A stretch of 64,000 nucleotides of DNA from Chloroflexota bacterium. Lineage in GTDB: Bacteria; Chloroflexota; Dehalococcoidia; UBA2979. Shown piece after piece: positions 30,715-41,100 of this stretch. Made by a program: the position numbers and the translations under genes. The first letter of the stretch is position 1, and the number at the start of each line of letters is the position of its first letter. The notes under the pieces were generated by a model. It ran no database searches. It was not told where the DNA came from and worked only from the letters and a program-made list of their open reading frames with translations. Where the stretch lies: positions 2,454 to 66,453 of the forward strand of contig VXMU01000118.1 of assembly GCA_009840945.1 (NCBI GenBank), given 5' to 3'.

Positions 30715-30865
30715 CAGGGGACTCCTTCGATGCGGCGTTCGCGTCCTTTGATCTACATACGTCGGCTGCGGGCGAGCGGTTCCACACGTCGCCGCGTTCG
30801 CTGCGGCGGACTTGCCCGCCCGCGGCGCCCCGCGGGCGCGCTTCCCACGGGCAGTCGCCTATCCT

Positions 30866-32653
30866 GTGCGGGCTGTGGAAACCGACCAGCTCCTCGTCCT
30901 CGCCGTGCTCGCGCTCACCTTCGTCTTCTTCGTGTGGGGGCGATGGCGCTACGACGCTGTGGCGCTCCTCGCGCTGCTCGCGCTCGTGCTGGGCGGGGTC
31001 ATCCCGGGCGACGGGGCGTTCACCGGGTTCGGCCACCCCGCGGTCGTCACCGTCGCCGCCGTGCTCGTCGTCAGCCGGGGACTCCAGAACTCGGGTGCCG
31101 TCGATGTGCTCGCCAGTTGGCTCACCATGGCCGGGACGTCGCCCACCCGGCAGATCGCGGCGACGTCCGGGCTGGCCGCGGCGCTCTCCGCCTTCATCAA
31201 CAACGTGGGGGCGCTGGCGGTCCTGATGCCGACGACGCTCCGGCTGTCCCGGCAGGCCGGCATCCAGCCCTCGACGGTCCTGATGCCGCTGGCCTTCGCG
31301 TCGCTGCTGGGGGGCCTGGTCACGCTCGTGGGCACGCCGCCGAACATCGTGATCGCCACCTTCCGCCAGGACGCCGCGGGCGAGGCGTTCGCGATGTTCG
31401 ACTTCGCGCCCGTGGGACTCGGCATCGCGGTCATGGGGCTCGCGTTCGTCTCGCTGGTCGGCTGGCGGCTCATCCCGCGGCGCGAGGAGGCGGCCAGCGA
31501 ACAGCTCTTCGAGATCAGCGACTACCTGTTCGAGGTCCTGGTCCCCGAGGGCTCACCGACGGCCGGCCGGAGCATCGCCGAGCTCGGTGCCGAGTCGAAC
31601 ACCGACTTCGTCGTGGTCGCGGTCGTGCGCGGCGACTACCGGATCGAGCTGCCGTCGAGCTTCGAGCTGCTGCGCACGGGCGACGTGCTGGTGGTCGAGG
31701 CGAGCAGCGAGGCGCTCGATGCGCTGGTCGTCGAGGCCGGGCTGGAGGCGGCGGGCGGCAACGACCACGCGATGGCCGGGCTCGGCGGCGGCGACATCGT
31801 CCTCGCCGAGGCGGTGATCACGCCCGGCTCGCCGCTGCGAGGGCGCACGGTGGTGCAGGCCGACCTGCGGCGTCGCCACCACGTCAACGTGCTCGCCGTC
31901 TCACGCAACGGCCGCCTCTCGCGCGCGCGGATGCAGGAGACGGCGCTGCGCGTCGGCGACGTGCTGCTCTTCCAGGCGAACCGCCACGAGCTGACTGCGA
32001 CGCTCGAGGCGTTGCAGTGCCTGCCGCTCGCCGAGCGCGGGCTCAGCATCGGGCGGCGGGAGCGCCGCGCGCTCCTTGCGGTCACGATCTTCGGCGGCGC
32101 GCTGGTGACGGCGGCGGCGCTGCGGCTGCTGCCGATCCAGGTCGCGATGGCGGGCGCCGCGGCGGTGATGGGGCTCGTCGGGCTCGTCTCGCCCCGCGAG
32201 GTCTACGAATCGATCGACTGGCGGGTGATCGTGCTCCTCGGCGCGATGATCCCCGTGGGCGGGGCGCTGGAGGACACCGGACTGGCGGCCGAGGCGGCCT
32301 CGATGCTCGTCGCCGTGAGCGGAGACCTGCCGCTGTGGACGAGCGTCGCGGCGGTGCTGGTGATCTCGATGTTCCTCTCGGACATTGTCAACAACACGGC
32401 GGCGGCAGTGCTGATGGCGCCAATCGCGCTCGGCGTCGCCGGCGGGCTCTCCGCCTCGGCGGACCCGTTCCTGATGGCCGTCGCAGTGGGCGCGTCGGCC
32501 GCGTTCCTGACGCCGATCGGCCACCAGTCGAACCTGCTGGTGATGGGCCCCGGGGGTTACCGCTTCGGGGACTACTGGCGCCTCGGCCTCCCCCTCGAGG
32601 CCGTGATCACGGTCGTCGCCGTACCCCTGATCCTGCTCGTCTGGCAGCCCTGA
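30866..32653 (+). CDS. SLC13/DASS-type anion permease with two internal TrkA-C (RCK_C) domains
   Basis: Hydrophobic halves flank two RCK_C-like segments (FEVLVPEGSPTAGRSIAEL... and LAEAVITPGSPLRGRTV...). The start is GTG 30866 or GTG 30875. Confidence 0.85.
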   Translation: MRAVETDQLLVLAVLALTFVFFVWGRWRYDAVALLALLALVLGGVIPGDGAFTGFGHPAVVTVAAVLVVSRGLQNSGAVDVLASWLTMAGTSPTRQIAATSGLAAALSAFINNVGALAVLMPTTLRLSRQAGIQPSTVLMPLAFASLLGGLVTLVGTPPNIVIATFRQDAAGEAFAMFDFAPVGLGIAVMGLAFVSLVGWRLIPRREEAASEQLFEISDYLFEVLVPEGSPTAGRSIAELGAESNTDFVVVAVVRGDYRIELPSSFELLRTGDVLVVEASSEALDALVVEAGLEAAGGNDHAMAGLGGGDIVLAEAVITPGSPLRGRTVVQADLRRRHHVNVLAVSRNGRLSRARMQETALRVGDVLLFQANRHELTATLEALQCLPLAERGLSIGRRERRALLAVTIFGGALVTAAALRLLPIQVAMAGAAAVMGLVGLVSPREVYESIDWRVIVLLGAMIPVGGALEDTGLAAEAASMLVAVSGDLPLWTSVAAVLVISMFLSDIVNNTAAAVLMAPIALGVAGGLSASADPFLMAVAVGASAAFLTPIGHQSNLLVMGPGGYRFGDYWRLGLPLEAVITVVAVPLILLVWQP

Positions 32654-32781
32654 CGTACGGGTCCGCGAAGTCGTGGCACACCAGTGTCCCGACGCGTGCC
32701 ACCGACGTGCCCGAGCGGTCGACGCACCCTCGATTGCCTCGCGTATCGCCCCCGCCCTGGTGCTAGCATCGCCGGACGGAA

Positions 32782-33519
32782 GTGCTGCGCGGGAGGCCCA
32801 AGATGACGTCAAACTCTGCAGCCGGTTGGGCACTCATCGCGGCGGTGGTCATCGGCTTCGTCGCATCGTTGATCACGCCGGGCGGGTTGCTGGTCGAGCC
32901 CACTGATACCGCCGCCTTCAGCGAGGCGGCGGGCGTCCTCGGCAACAACTCGGAGCTGGCCCAGTTCGCGACGTTCGCGCTCGTGGTGAGTATCGTCCTC
33001 TACTGGTTCGGGCTCAGCAGCCTGCGCCGCGCGTTCAGCGGCGACTCGGTGATGGACACCGTGTCCCGCTTTGCGTTGAACATCTTCCTCCTCGGCTACG
33101 TGATCCTCATCGTCGAGTTGAGCTTCCGGCACATCCTGACGCACGTGCTCGCGCACGGCGTGGGGAGCAGCGCCTCCGAGGAAAAGGCGATGGCAGTCAC
33201 GCTCTTCGCGGCGGCGGCCGGCCTGCACATCGCCTTCCTTTACGTCTCCTCAATCGGGTCGACCGTCTTCGCGTACGGCCTGGCGCGGCGGAGCGCGAGC
33301 ATGGACATCTTCCAGCTCGCCTCGTGGGGGCTGGCGCTCACCGGCCTCGCCATCTTCATCGTGCTGATGGTTGCCGAGCACATGCCGGACGTGGACCTGC
33401 ACGGGGTGGCGGTCGCCAGCAATCTCATGCTGCTCTTCGCCTCGCTCTGCATCGTGGTCATCGCCGTGGGCATCATGCGCGGCCGTCGCGAGTTCGTCGG
33501 CGACGACGCAGCGGCATAG
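32782..33519 (+). CDS. Hypothetical integral membrane protein (about 6 helices)
   Basis: 245-aa ORF with coding-like GC3 and repeated hydrophobic segments. The start is probably ATG 32803. I can assign no family confidently; it is possibly DUF4386-like. Confidence 0.6.
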   Translation: MLRGRPKMTSNSAAGWALIAAVVIGFVASLITPGGLLVEPTDTAAFSEAAGVLGNNSELAQFATFALVVSIVLYWFGLSSLRRAFSGDSVMDTVSRFALNIFLLGYVILIVELSFRHILTHVLAHGVGSSASEEKAMAVTLFAAAAGLHIAFLYVSSIGSTVFAYGLARRSASMDIFQLASWGLALTGLAIFIVLMVAEHMPDVDLHGVAVASNLMLLFASLCIVVIAVGIMRGRREFVGDDAAA

Positions 33520-33601
33520 GCGGCGGCGGGCAGCGTCGAGGTGGCCTCGGCCTGCCGGGGCGGGGCAGGGCCGGGCCTGTGCGTCGCGCCGTGAGCGCGG
33601 C

Positions 33602-34702
33602 TCAGTCCATCACGAGCACGCTGCGCGCGACGTCGCCGCGCTCGAGGGCCTCGTACGCCTCGTTGATCTCGTCGAGCGGGTAGGTGCGGCTGAGCAGCGG
33701 GTCGACCTGCAGGCGGCCGCCCATGTAGAGGTCGACCATTTTCGGGAGGTCGACCCACGGGCGCGCGGAGCCGTACCACGAGCCACGCAGCACCTTCTCG
33801 GTGCGCGGCAATGAGAGCGCGGGGAGGGCCACCATCTCGTCCTCGGCCGCCATGCCCACGACCACCGTCGTGCCGCCGAGGCGCGTCGACTCGTAGCAGT
33901 CGACGATCGTCTGCGGGAAGCCGATCGCCTCGAACGCGTAGTCCACGCCGCCGCCGGTCATCTCGACCACCCGCGCGGCCGTCTCGCCCTCGCTCGCGTC
34001 GAGGAGGTCGGTCGCGCCGAACTGCCGCGCGTACTCGAGCTTGTTGGCCTTCACGTCGACGGCGATGATGCGCTCCGCGCCCGCGAGCACGGCGCCCTGG
34101 ATGCAGTTCAGCCCGACGCCGCCGCAGCCGATCACGAGCACCGAGCTGCCCGCCTCGACGCGCGCGGTGTTGATGACTGCTCCGACGCCGGTCATCACCG
34201 CGCAGCCGATGAGCGCCGCCCGGTCGAGCGGTACGTCGTCGCGCACGGGCACCGCCCCCGACTCCGGTACGACCGCGTACTCGGCGAACGAGGCGACCCG
34301 CGCGAAGTGGTGGAGGTCCCGGCCCTCGCTGGTGTGTAGCCGCGTGGTGCCGTCGAAGAGCAGCCAGCGGTCGCTGTCCGCGCCGTTGCAGAGCACGGGC
34401 TCGCCTCGAGCGCAGTGGTCGCACCAGCCGCAGTTGGGGCGGAAGTTCAGGATCACGTGGTCACCCGGCCGCACCCGCGCGACTCCCGCGCCCACCCGCT
34501 CGACGATGCCCGCGGCCTCGTGGCCGAGCACCATCGGCAGCGGCGGCCTCCACTCGCCCTTCATCACGTGGTAGTCGGAGTGACACACGCCCGACGCGGC
34601 GATGCGCACCAGCACCTCGCCGTCCTTCGGGTCATCGAGCCGCACGGGCTCGACGATGAGCGGCGTGTTCGCCTCGTACAGCACGGCCGCCTTGATCTCC
34701 AT
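33602..34702 (-). CDS. Zinc-dependent alcohol dehydrogenase (class III/formaldehyde-dehydrogenase-like)
   Basis: ATG 34702 (MEIKAAVLYEANTPL...). Motifs are GVCHSDYH, GHEAAGIVERVG and VIGCGGVGL. 366 aa; the remainder of the 628-aa track ORF is read-through. Confidence 0.9.
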   Translation of the reverse strand: MEIKAAVLYEANTPLIVEPVRLDDPKDGEVLVRIAASGVCHSDYHVMKGEWRPPLPMVLGHEAAGIVERVGAGVARVRPGDHVILNFRPNCGWCDHCARGEPVLCNGADSDRWLLFDGTTRLHTSEGRDLHHFARVASFAEYAVVPESGAVPVRDDVPLDRAALIGCAVMTGVGAVINTARVEAGSSVLVIGCGGVGLNCIQGAVLAGAERIIAVDVKANKLEYARQFGATDLLDASEGETAARVVEMTGGGVDYAFEAIGFPQTIVDCYESTRLGGTTVVVGMAAEDEMVALPALSLPRTEKVLRGSWYGSARPWVDLPKMVDLYMGGRLQVDPLLSRTYPLDEINEAYEALERGDVARSVLVMD

Positions 34703-34836
34703 GGTGCCCCCCGGGAGTGGACGGTGGCTTCGCCCGGATTCTAGCGCCGCGGCGCGCACGACCGCCCACGGCCCGCGACCGAGGGGGAAACGGCTGGTGC
34801 GACTCCCGACGCCGCGGTCCGGCGACCCGGTGCCTG

Positions 34837-35907
34837 CTACGGCAGGACGCCGGTCTCGCGGAGCAGCCGCAGCGTGCCCTCCAGGTCCGCCAGGTCGCTC
34901 AGGTCGATGGCCGGTGGCTCGAGGTCCGCGATCGAGGGCAGGCCGGGTGCGCCCGCGACGCCCGCGATGAGCGGGTACTCCGCGTTTGTCTCGGCGTAGT
35001 AGCGCTGCGCCTCCTCGCTCAGCATGAAGTCGAGGAAGCGCCGGGCGGCGTCGGTCTGCTCGGAGGTGCGCAGGATCCCCGCGCCGGCGACGTTGACGAG
35101 GGTGCCGATGTCGCCGGGGCCCGTGTGGTGGTTGCGCGCGGGGAAGTCCTCGCCGTGCTCGGCGAGGAAGCGGCTCAGGTAGTAGTGGTTGACCAGCCCC
35201 GCGTCGACCTCGCCGCGGCCCACGGCCTCGACGATCGAGGAGTTGCCCGGGAACTCGGGCGCGTCGTTGGCGCGCATGCCCTCGAGCCATGCGCGTGCGC
35301 CGCCCTCGCCCTCGCCGACGCGCAGGGCGGTGACCCACGCCTGGAACGAGCCGTTCGTCGGCGCCCACGCCACCCGGCCGCGCCACTCCGGCTCGGTGAA
35401 GTCGAGGATCGATTGCGGCAGCTCGGAGGGGTCGAGTGCGTCGGTGTTGTAGACGACCACGCGTGCGCGCCCGGACAGCCCGACCCACTGGCCTTCGCGC
35501 GAGCGGTAGGCGGGCGCGACGCGTTCGAGGATGTCGTCGTCGATGTCGGTGAAGAGCCCGGCCGCCTGCACGGCGCCGAGGGCGCCCGCGTCCTGCGAGA
35601 TGAAGATGTCGGCGGGGCTCTGGTCGCCCTCCTCGACGAGCAGGGCTGCGAGCTGCGCGGTGCTGCCGTAGCGGACGCCGACGCTGATGCCGGTCTCTTC
35701 CGTGAAGCGCTCCAGCAGCGGCCCGATCAGCTCCGCGCTGCGGCCGGAGTAGATCGTCAGGCTCTGCTCCTCGTCACTCCCGCAGCTCGCGGCAACGAGC
35801 GCGGCCACGCCGACCACGACAGCGCCGAGCAGCGCGAGAGTGGTACGCGCCCGTTCGCGCAGCCCCAATCCCCGTGGTAGCCCCATCCGGAATGCGTGCA
35901 ACGTCAC
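34837..35907 (-). CDS. ABC transporter periplasmic substrate-binding lipoprotein (Fe3+/AfuA-FbpA-like), orphan
   Basis: Lipobox LVAASCGS. SLTIYSGRSAELIGPLLERFTEETGI...ISQDAGALG matches the pattern of family-1 extracellular binding proteins. No permease or ATPase gene is adjacent. Confidence 0.75.
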   Translation of the reverse strand: MTLHAFRMGLPRGLGLRERARTTLALLGAVVVGVAALVAASCGSDEEQSLTIYSGRSAELIGPLLERFTEETGISVGVRYGSTAQLAALLVEEGDQSPADIFISQDAGALGAVQAAGLFTDIDDDILERVAPAYRSREGQWVGLSGRARVVVYNTDALDPSELPQSILDFTEPEWRGRVAWAPTNGSFQAWVTALRVGEGEGGARAWLEGMRANDAPEFPGNSSIVEAVGRGEVDAGLVNHYYLSRFLAEHGEDFPARNHHTGPGDIGTLVNVAGAGILRTSEQTDAARRFLDFMLSEEAQRYYAETNAEYPLIAGVAGAPGLPSIADLEPPAIDLSDLADLEGTLRLLRETGVLP

Positions 35908-36146
35908 TACTACCCCTGCTCATTCGTCATTACCGTGTGTGTCCGCGCGTGTACCCTGGGCGTTGTGACCAGTAGAACCTATGTCGAGATATTAGTGCAA
36001 GCTACATTCGTGATGCAGCACGCAGCGTGTCCTCGTGAGCGCTACCCGGGTCGCGGGCTCCTCGGGTCCAGCGGGGATGGACGGGCGCGCCGGGCGGTTA
36101 CTACCCTTGACACATACGCGGCGGTTCTCCACGACAGGGGTGCGTC

Positions 36147-36410
36147 ATGGCAGCGAGCTTTGAACGTCAGGGGATCGACTTCTTCCTGGAAGAGCTGATT
36201 GCGGTGCTGGAGCTGCAAGCCGCACAGCCCGCCATCGTCATCGAGCCCCAGAAGATCTACGAGGCGATCGAGGCGCGGCTCAGGGAACGCGACGCCATCA
36301 CCCCGGACGAACACGCCGGCCGGGAGTACGCGTACTCGCTGGTGACGCGGCTCTACTTCCTCGCGAATCGCCCCTGGGACGAGCAGGGCAGCCCGGTCCC
36401 GGCGGGCTAG
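36147..36410 (+). CDS. Small hypothetical protein (87 aa)
   Basis: ORF with coding-like codon bias. Its TAG stop lies inside the IS481 target duplication. I recognise no family. Confidence 0.4.
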   Translation: MAASFERQGIDFFLEELIAVLELQAAQPAIVIEPQKIYEAIEARLRERDAITPDEHAGREYAYSLVTRLYFLANRPWDEQGSPVPAG

Positions 36411-36411
36411 C
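36406..36411. repeat. Left copy of the 6-bp target-site duplication GCTAGC
   Basis: Identical hexamer at 37449-37454, immediately outside the inverted repeats. Confidence 0.85.
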
Positions 36412-37387
36412 TGTACTGACTACAGAGGTGTGAGACACGGCTGACGGGCGGGAGGCCGCCGAGCGAGCCGTGGGGACGGCGTCTGTTGTACCACCTCAGC
36501 CACCCGGCGAGGGCGCGCGTGCGGTGCGCGCTCGTCGGGTAGGCGAAGGCGTATGCCCAGCTGCGCAGCAGCATCTGGATGAAGCGCTCCGCCTTGCCGT
36601 TGGTGCGCGGCGTGTAGGGCCGGGTGCGGAGGTGGCGCAGCCCCCGCTCGGCGCAGCCCTCACGCCAGGCGTGCGAAGCGTACGCGGGCCCGTTGTCCGT
36701 CATCACCGCCTCGACGCTGACGCCCTGCTCGCCGAACCACTGCAGCGCGCGCTCGAGGAAGGCCAGGGCGTCGCCGCGGCGGTCCGTCGGCAGCACCTCG
36801 GCGTAGGCCAGCCGGGAGTGGTCGTCGACGGCGACGTGGACGTGCTGCCAGCCGGCGTAGGGGCTGCGGGTTACTCCGTCGCGGAGGATGCGCTTGCCGA
36901 CGTTGAAGAAGCGCCCCAGTTTCTTGGTGTCGATATGCAGCAGCTCACCCGGGCGCTCACGCTCGTAGCGCACCACGGGCGGCCTGGGCTCGCGCGGCAG
37001 CCGTGAGCGGCCCAGCCGCCGCAGCACCTTCCCGATGGTCGAGGCTGGACGGCCGAGCAGGGCGCCGAGCGTGAGCGGACCTGCGCCACTGCGCTCGCGC
37101 GCCACCACGATCTCGGCCTCCTCGGCGGGGGTGAGTCGGCGCGGCTGGCGCTTCGGCGTCGAGGGGCGTTCGCGCAGCCCTGCCCAGCCGCCTGTGCGGT
37201 AACGCCTGAGCCAGCGGTAGCCCGTGGCGCGACTGGCGCCCACGCTGCTGGCGGCCTCGGCCGGGCTCATGCCGCCGAGCGTGGCATCCACGGCGCGGCA
37301 GCGTGTCTCGTAGGAGTAGCGCATCCGCTTGGGGCGACTGGTGGCATCATGCATCGGGACCTCCTTCGGAGCTTGGAGCTTGTTCAA
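36407..37387 (-). CDS. IS481-family DDE transposase
   Basis: 326-aa ORF with an N-terminal HTH region and DDE residues in HIDTKKLGRF, TDNGPAY and NGKAERF, then RYNRRRPHGSLGG. The likely start is ATG at 37354 (MHDATS...). Confidence 0.92.
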   Translation of the reverse strand: MNKLQAPKEVPMHDATSRPKRMRYSYETRCRAVDATLGGMSPAEAASSVGASRATGYRWLRRYRTGGWAGLRERPSTPKRQPRRLTPAEEAEIVVARERSGAGPLTLGALLGRPASTIGKVLRRLGRSRLPREPRPPVVRYERERPGELLHIDTKKLGRFFNVGKRILRDGVTRSPYAGWQHVHVAVDDHSRLAYAEVLPTDRRGDALAFLERALQWFGEQGVSVEAVMTDNGPAYASHAWREGCAERGLRHLRTRPYTPRTNGKAERFIQMLLRSWAYAFAYPTSAHRTRALAGWLRWYNRRRPHGSLGGLPPVSRVSHLCSQYS

Positions 37388-37448
37388 CCCCGAGTCTCGT
37401 TGGAGGTCCCTTTGCGATCAGGTGTCTCGCAGGTGTGTAGTCAGTACA
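36412..37448 (-). mobile_element. IS481-family insertion sequence, 1037 bp, apparently intact
   Basis: The terminal inverted repeats are 36412-36438 (TGTACTGACTACAGAGGTGTGAGACAC) and 37422-37448. They match at 23 of 27 positions, with the outer 13 bp and inner 7 bp identical. The element is flanked by a GCTAGC duplication, which fits the NCTAGN target known for IS481. Confidence 0.9.
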
Positions 37449-37454
37449 GCTAGC
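37449..37454. repeat. Right copy of the 6-bp target-site duplication GCTAGC
   Basis: See the left copy at 36406-36411. Confidence 0.85.
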
Positions 37455-37577
37455 CGGGGCAAGGCGCCGCTGCACCGGGCTCCCCCGAGCCCCGGCCCGT
37501 GCGGCTGCCCGTGCGCAGGGCGCTCGAGGTCGTAAGGGTGGCGGTTCGGCTGCGAGGGACGCGGCGAGCCTCGGCCT

Positions 37578-37856
37578 TCAGAGTCGCGGGAGACAATCGG
37601 CGCAGTACTGCACGTTGACGCCGGCGGCCGTCATGGCCCGAACCAGCGTGTCGTAGCGCTCCCAGCGGCCCACGGCCTTCTCACGGTGCGCCCACCTCGC
37701 CACGTGCCGGCCCGCCGCGCGGTGCAGCGTGTTGACGTGCGTCGGCGGGTCGAAGTTGACGAAGAAGCCTCGGAGGGCCAGCGGCGCATCGGGCGTGGCA
37801 CGCCTCACGTGGGACACCCTCACACCTGCAACGCACGAGTAGAGCCAGCGGATCAT
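37578..37856 (-). CDS. Small hypothetical protein (92 aa)
   Basis: ORF with high-GC3 codon bias, downstream of the PKS gene on the same strand. I recognise no family. Confidence 0.35.
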   Translation of the reverse strand: MIRWLYSCVAGVRVSHVRRATPDAPLALRGFFVNFDPPTHVNTLHRAAGRHVARWAHREKAVGRWERYDTLVRAMTAAGVNVQYCADCLPRL

Positions 37857-38146
37857 GCCACCGCGATATCACCGTCCCGTGACCGTTCGAGGCGAGTCGC
37901 CGTGATGTTCTGTAACCGTCAGACAGCTACAGCCGCGGTCACCGCGCTGATGCCGGATCCGCCGACTCGAGCGCCGAGGGGGCGCCCGTGTGCTGGCCAT
38001 CGAGGGGGATAGAGGCGCGGAGGAGACTGCACGAACGAGACCGGCGAGGGCGCGCGACGACCTCAGACTGCTGCTCCACGCGCTCGCCTGCCTGCTACGT
38101 CGCGCGCGTACGTTGCCGCCGCTCTGGGGCGAGGGCGGTGGGGTCG

Positions 38147-41100
38147 CTAGGCGTCGCCCGCAGCGGGTGAGCGCCTCGGCTCCATCCAGAATCGGCGACG
38201 CTGGAACGGGTAGCCCGGCAGCGCGATGCGCCGACGCGACTCGCCCGCGAACAGGCCATCGAAGGCGATCTCGACGCCCGACTCGTACACCCGGGCAACC
38301 GATCGCACGAACTCCTCGTATGGGTCCTCAATGTCCGCTCGCAGCACTCCGGGGACCACCGTGAACGCCTCGCCCGGTGGGACACCCGCCCCGGCGATCT
38401 CGACGACCAGGTCCGCGCCGCTCCCCGAGAGCGCATCCGCACGGAGCGCGGACGGCTGCGCGCGACGGAGCCAGTACGCTGCGTCGAACGTCTCGTCCGG
38501 GTCCACGGCTCGCCCGCTGACGCTGCTCAGCAGCGTGACGGACGGCCGCGCCGGCGTGGTGTCGCCGAGCGCCGCCTCGACATCGGCCAATGGCGCACCC
38601 GCGGGGGCTGTGCCGTCGCCGGTCGACAGACGCCCCAGGGCGACGGCGACGCGCATGCCGGTTTCGAGGTCCAGGACTCCCGCCGTGTGGGCTGCCGCCA
38701 ACTCGCCGGCCGCGCCTCCGCCCGCAACGACGGCCGGCTCGAGCCCGACGCTCGCCCAGAGCGCGGTCAGTGCGCACTGCACTGCGTAGCCGGCGGCCGG
38801 GTCCGAACGCGCGACATCCGAGTCGTCGTCGCCGAAGATCACGGCGAGCAGGGATTGCCCCGTCGCCGCCTCGAACGCCTCGGCGCAGCGGTCGAGGACG
38901 GCCCGTACGGCCGGCTCGGCCTCGTACAGGGATCGTGTGACGTCGGGCGATGGGTTGGCGTCGCTGCCATAGGCGAAGGCCACCCTGACCGCCGGTGAAG
39001 GCTGCGATCCGTCGTCCGGGTCCGTGACCGCGACCGCGCGGAGGCCCTCGGTCAGCGACTCGGCGTCGTGGAAGACGAGGCCCGCTCGGTGCGCGAAGTG
39101 GCGCCGGCCCGAGCCGGCTGTCCACGCGGCATCCGCCAGCGTGGCCTCGCTCGCTCGGCTCGCCGGTCCGTCGGCGGCGTACCGGTCGACCCACGATAGG
39201 TACGAACGCGCGAGGTCACGGAGAGCCGCATCCGTCCTCCCCGAGAGGGGGAGCAGGCGCGCCGTGCGCGCTTCCGCAGGCGCGGCCGATCCGTCGGCCG
39301 ACGGCCCGATGGGGTGGGGAGCCCCAGTCGCCCACGAGTCGTCGCCGGAGGCGTCCTCCGCGGGCCACACGGCTCCCTCGACCACCACGTGCGCGTTCGC
39401 GCCGAACAGGCCGAACGCGCTCACCCCGGCGATCGGCGCGCGGTCCGGGTGCGCGGGCCATGGCGTCGCCGAAGACGTGACGCGAAGCGGCAGACCGCCC
39501 CAGTCGAGGTGCGTCGAGGGGTTCTCGAAGTGCAGGTGGGCGGGGATCACGCCGCGTTGCATGGACAGCACCACCTTGATCAGGCTCGCAGCGCCCGAGG
39601 CCGACTCGAGGTGTCCGATGTTGGTCTTCACCGATCCGACCAGCAGCGGCTGACCCGGTTCCCGGTCCCGGCCGTAGACGGCCGCGGCCGCCTCGAGCTC
39701 GATCGCGTCGCCGAGCTCCGAGGCCACGCCGTGAGCCTCGAGGTAGTCGACGTCCGTCGGAGCGAGCCTCGCGTCCGACAGGGCGTCTTCGATGACGCGG
39801 CGCTGCGCCAGCCCGTTGGGCGCGGTCGGCGAGGCGCCTGAGCTGTTCTGGTTAACGGCTGATCCACGGACCACCGCCCAGATGCGGTCGCCGTCCGCCA
39901 CTGCATCGTCCAGGCGCTTGAGGAGCACCACGCCGCACCCCTCGCCGCGGACGTGACCATCCGCTGAGGCGTCGAACGTCCGGCATTCCCCGTCGGCGGA
40001 GAGCATCCCGAAGTCCGCCATGCCTCGCGTTGCGCGCGGCGAGAGGACTGCGTTGACGCCACCGGCGAGCGCGATGTCCACCTCGCCGCGGCGGAGCGCG
40101 CTCGCCGCGTGGTGCACTGCCACAAGCGCGGACGCGCAGACGACGTCGAACGGCAGGGCCGGTCCGTCTATCCCGAGCGCAAACGCCACGCGCCCGATGC
40201 CCTGCGGTCCGTTGACACCGGGGTAGCTGATGGGGCTCCCGTGCGCGGCCATCATGTCCTGGTACTCGCTGCCGCCGATGCCCGCGTAGAGGCCGGCGCG
40301 GCTGCCGCGCAGCCGGCCCGGGTCCACGCCCGCGTCCTCGAGCGCGTGCCAGCTCGTCTCCAGCAGCAGACGGAGCTGCGGGTCCATGTTGCGGGCCTCG
40401 ACCGGCGAGACGCGGAAGAACGACGCGTCGAACTGGTCGATCCCATCTACGAACGCCCCCTGGCGGTAGAGGGGTTCGCCCGCGGCTGCGTCGCCCTGCA
40501 GGCCCGACCATGCGCCGGAGCCGTTGCGCTGCTCGCTGACGCCGCTGGCGGCCGCGTCCAGCAGTCGCCAGAAGGCCGCGACGTCCTCCGCGCCGGGGAA
40601 GCGGCAGGCCATCCCGACGATCGCGACCGCGTCCTCCGCCACGGCGCTCCGAGGCGGCGCGAGCGGCTCGGGCGCAGCAACGGGCTGCGCCGGCGTCTCG
40701 TCGCCCGCGGCCTGCAGCGCCTCCACGAGGTGCGCGCCGAGGTCCTCCGCGTTGGGGTAGTCGAATGCGATCGTGTTCGAGGCGGTGTACACCCCGCCCA
40801 GTGCGTCGTTGAGCCGCGCGCGCAGCTCCAGCGCCATCAGCGAGTCGATGCCCAGCTCGAAGAAGGCGACGTTGGCCGCGGGCCTCGACGGCAGCCGCAG
40901 CAGCGTCTGCAGGAGGTCCTGCACGAACGCCACCAGGATGCCGTAGCGTTCGCCCTCGGGGGCCTCGCGCACCCGCGCCACCAGGTCGCCGGCCAGCGCG
41001 TCGGCCTCGTCGAAGTCGTCCGAGGCGGCCGTCAACAGCTCCTCGATGAGCGGCGGGACGCTGCGGAGACCGGCGGCGAACGTCGACCAGTCCATCGACG

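Noticed and set aside
35908-36146. An IdeR/DtxR iron box or a TPP riboswitch upstream of the Fe3+-like binding-protein gene, and a TTGACA hexamer at about 36107 as a promoter for the small ORF.
   Set aside because: Only a TAGGTT half-site is present, with no convincing dyad. The conserved TPP CUGAGA element is absent. No acceptable -10 hexamer lies 17 bp after the TTGACA.
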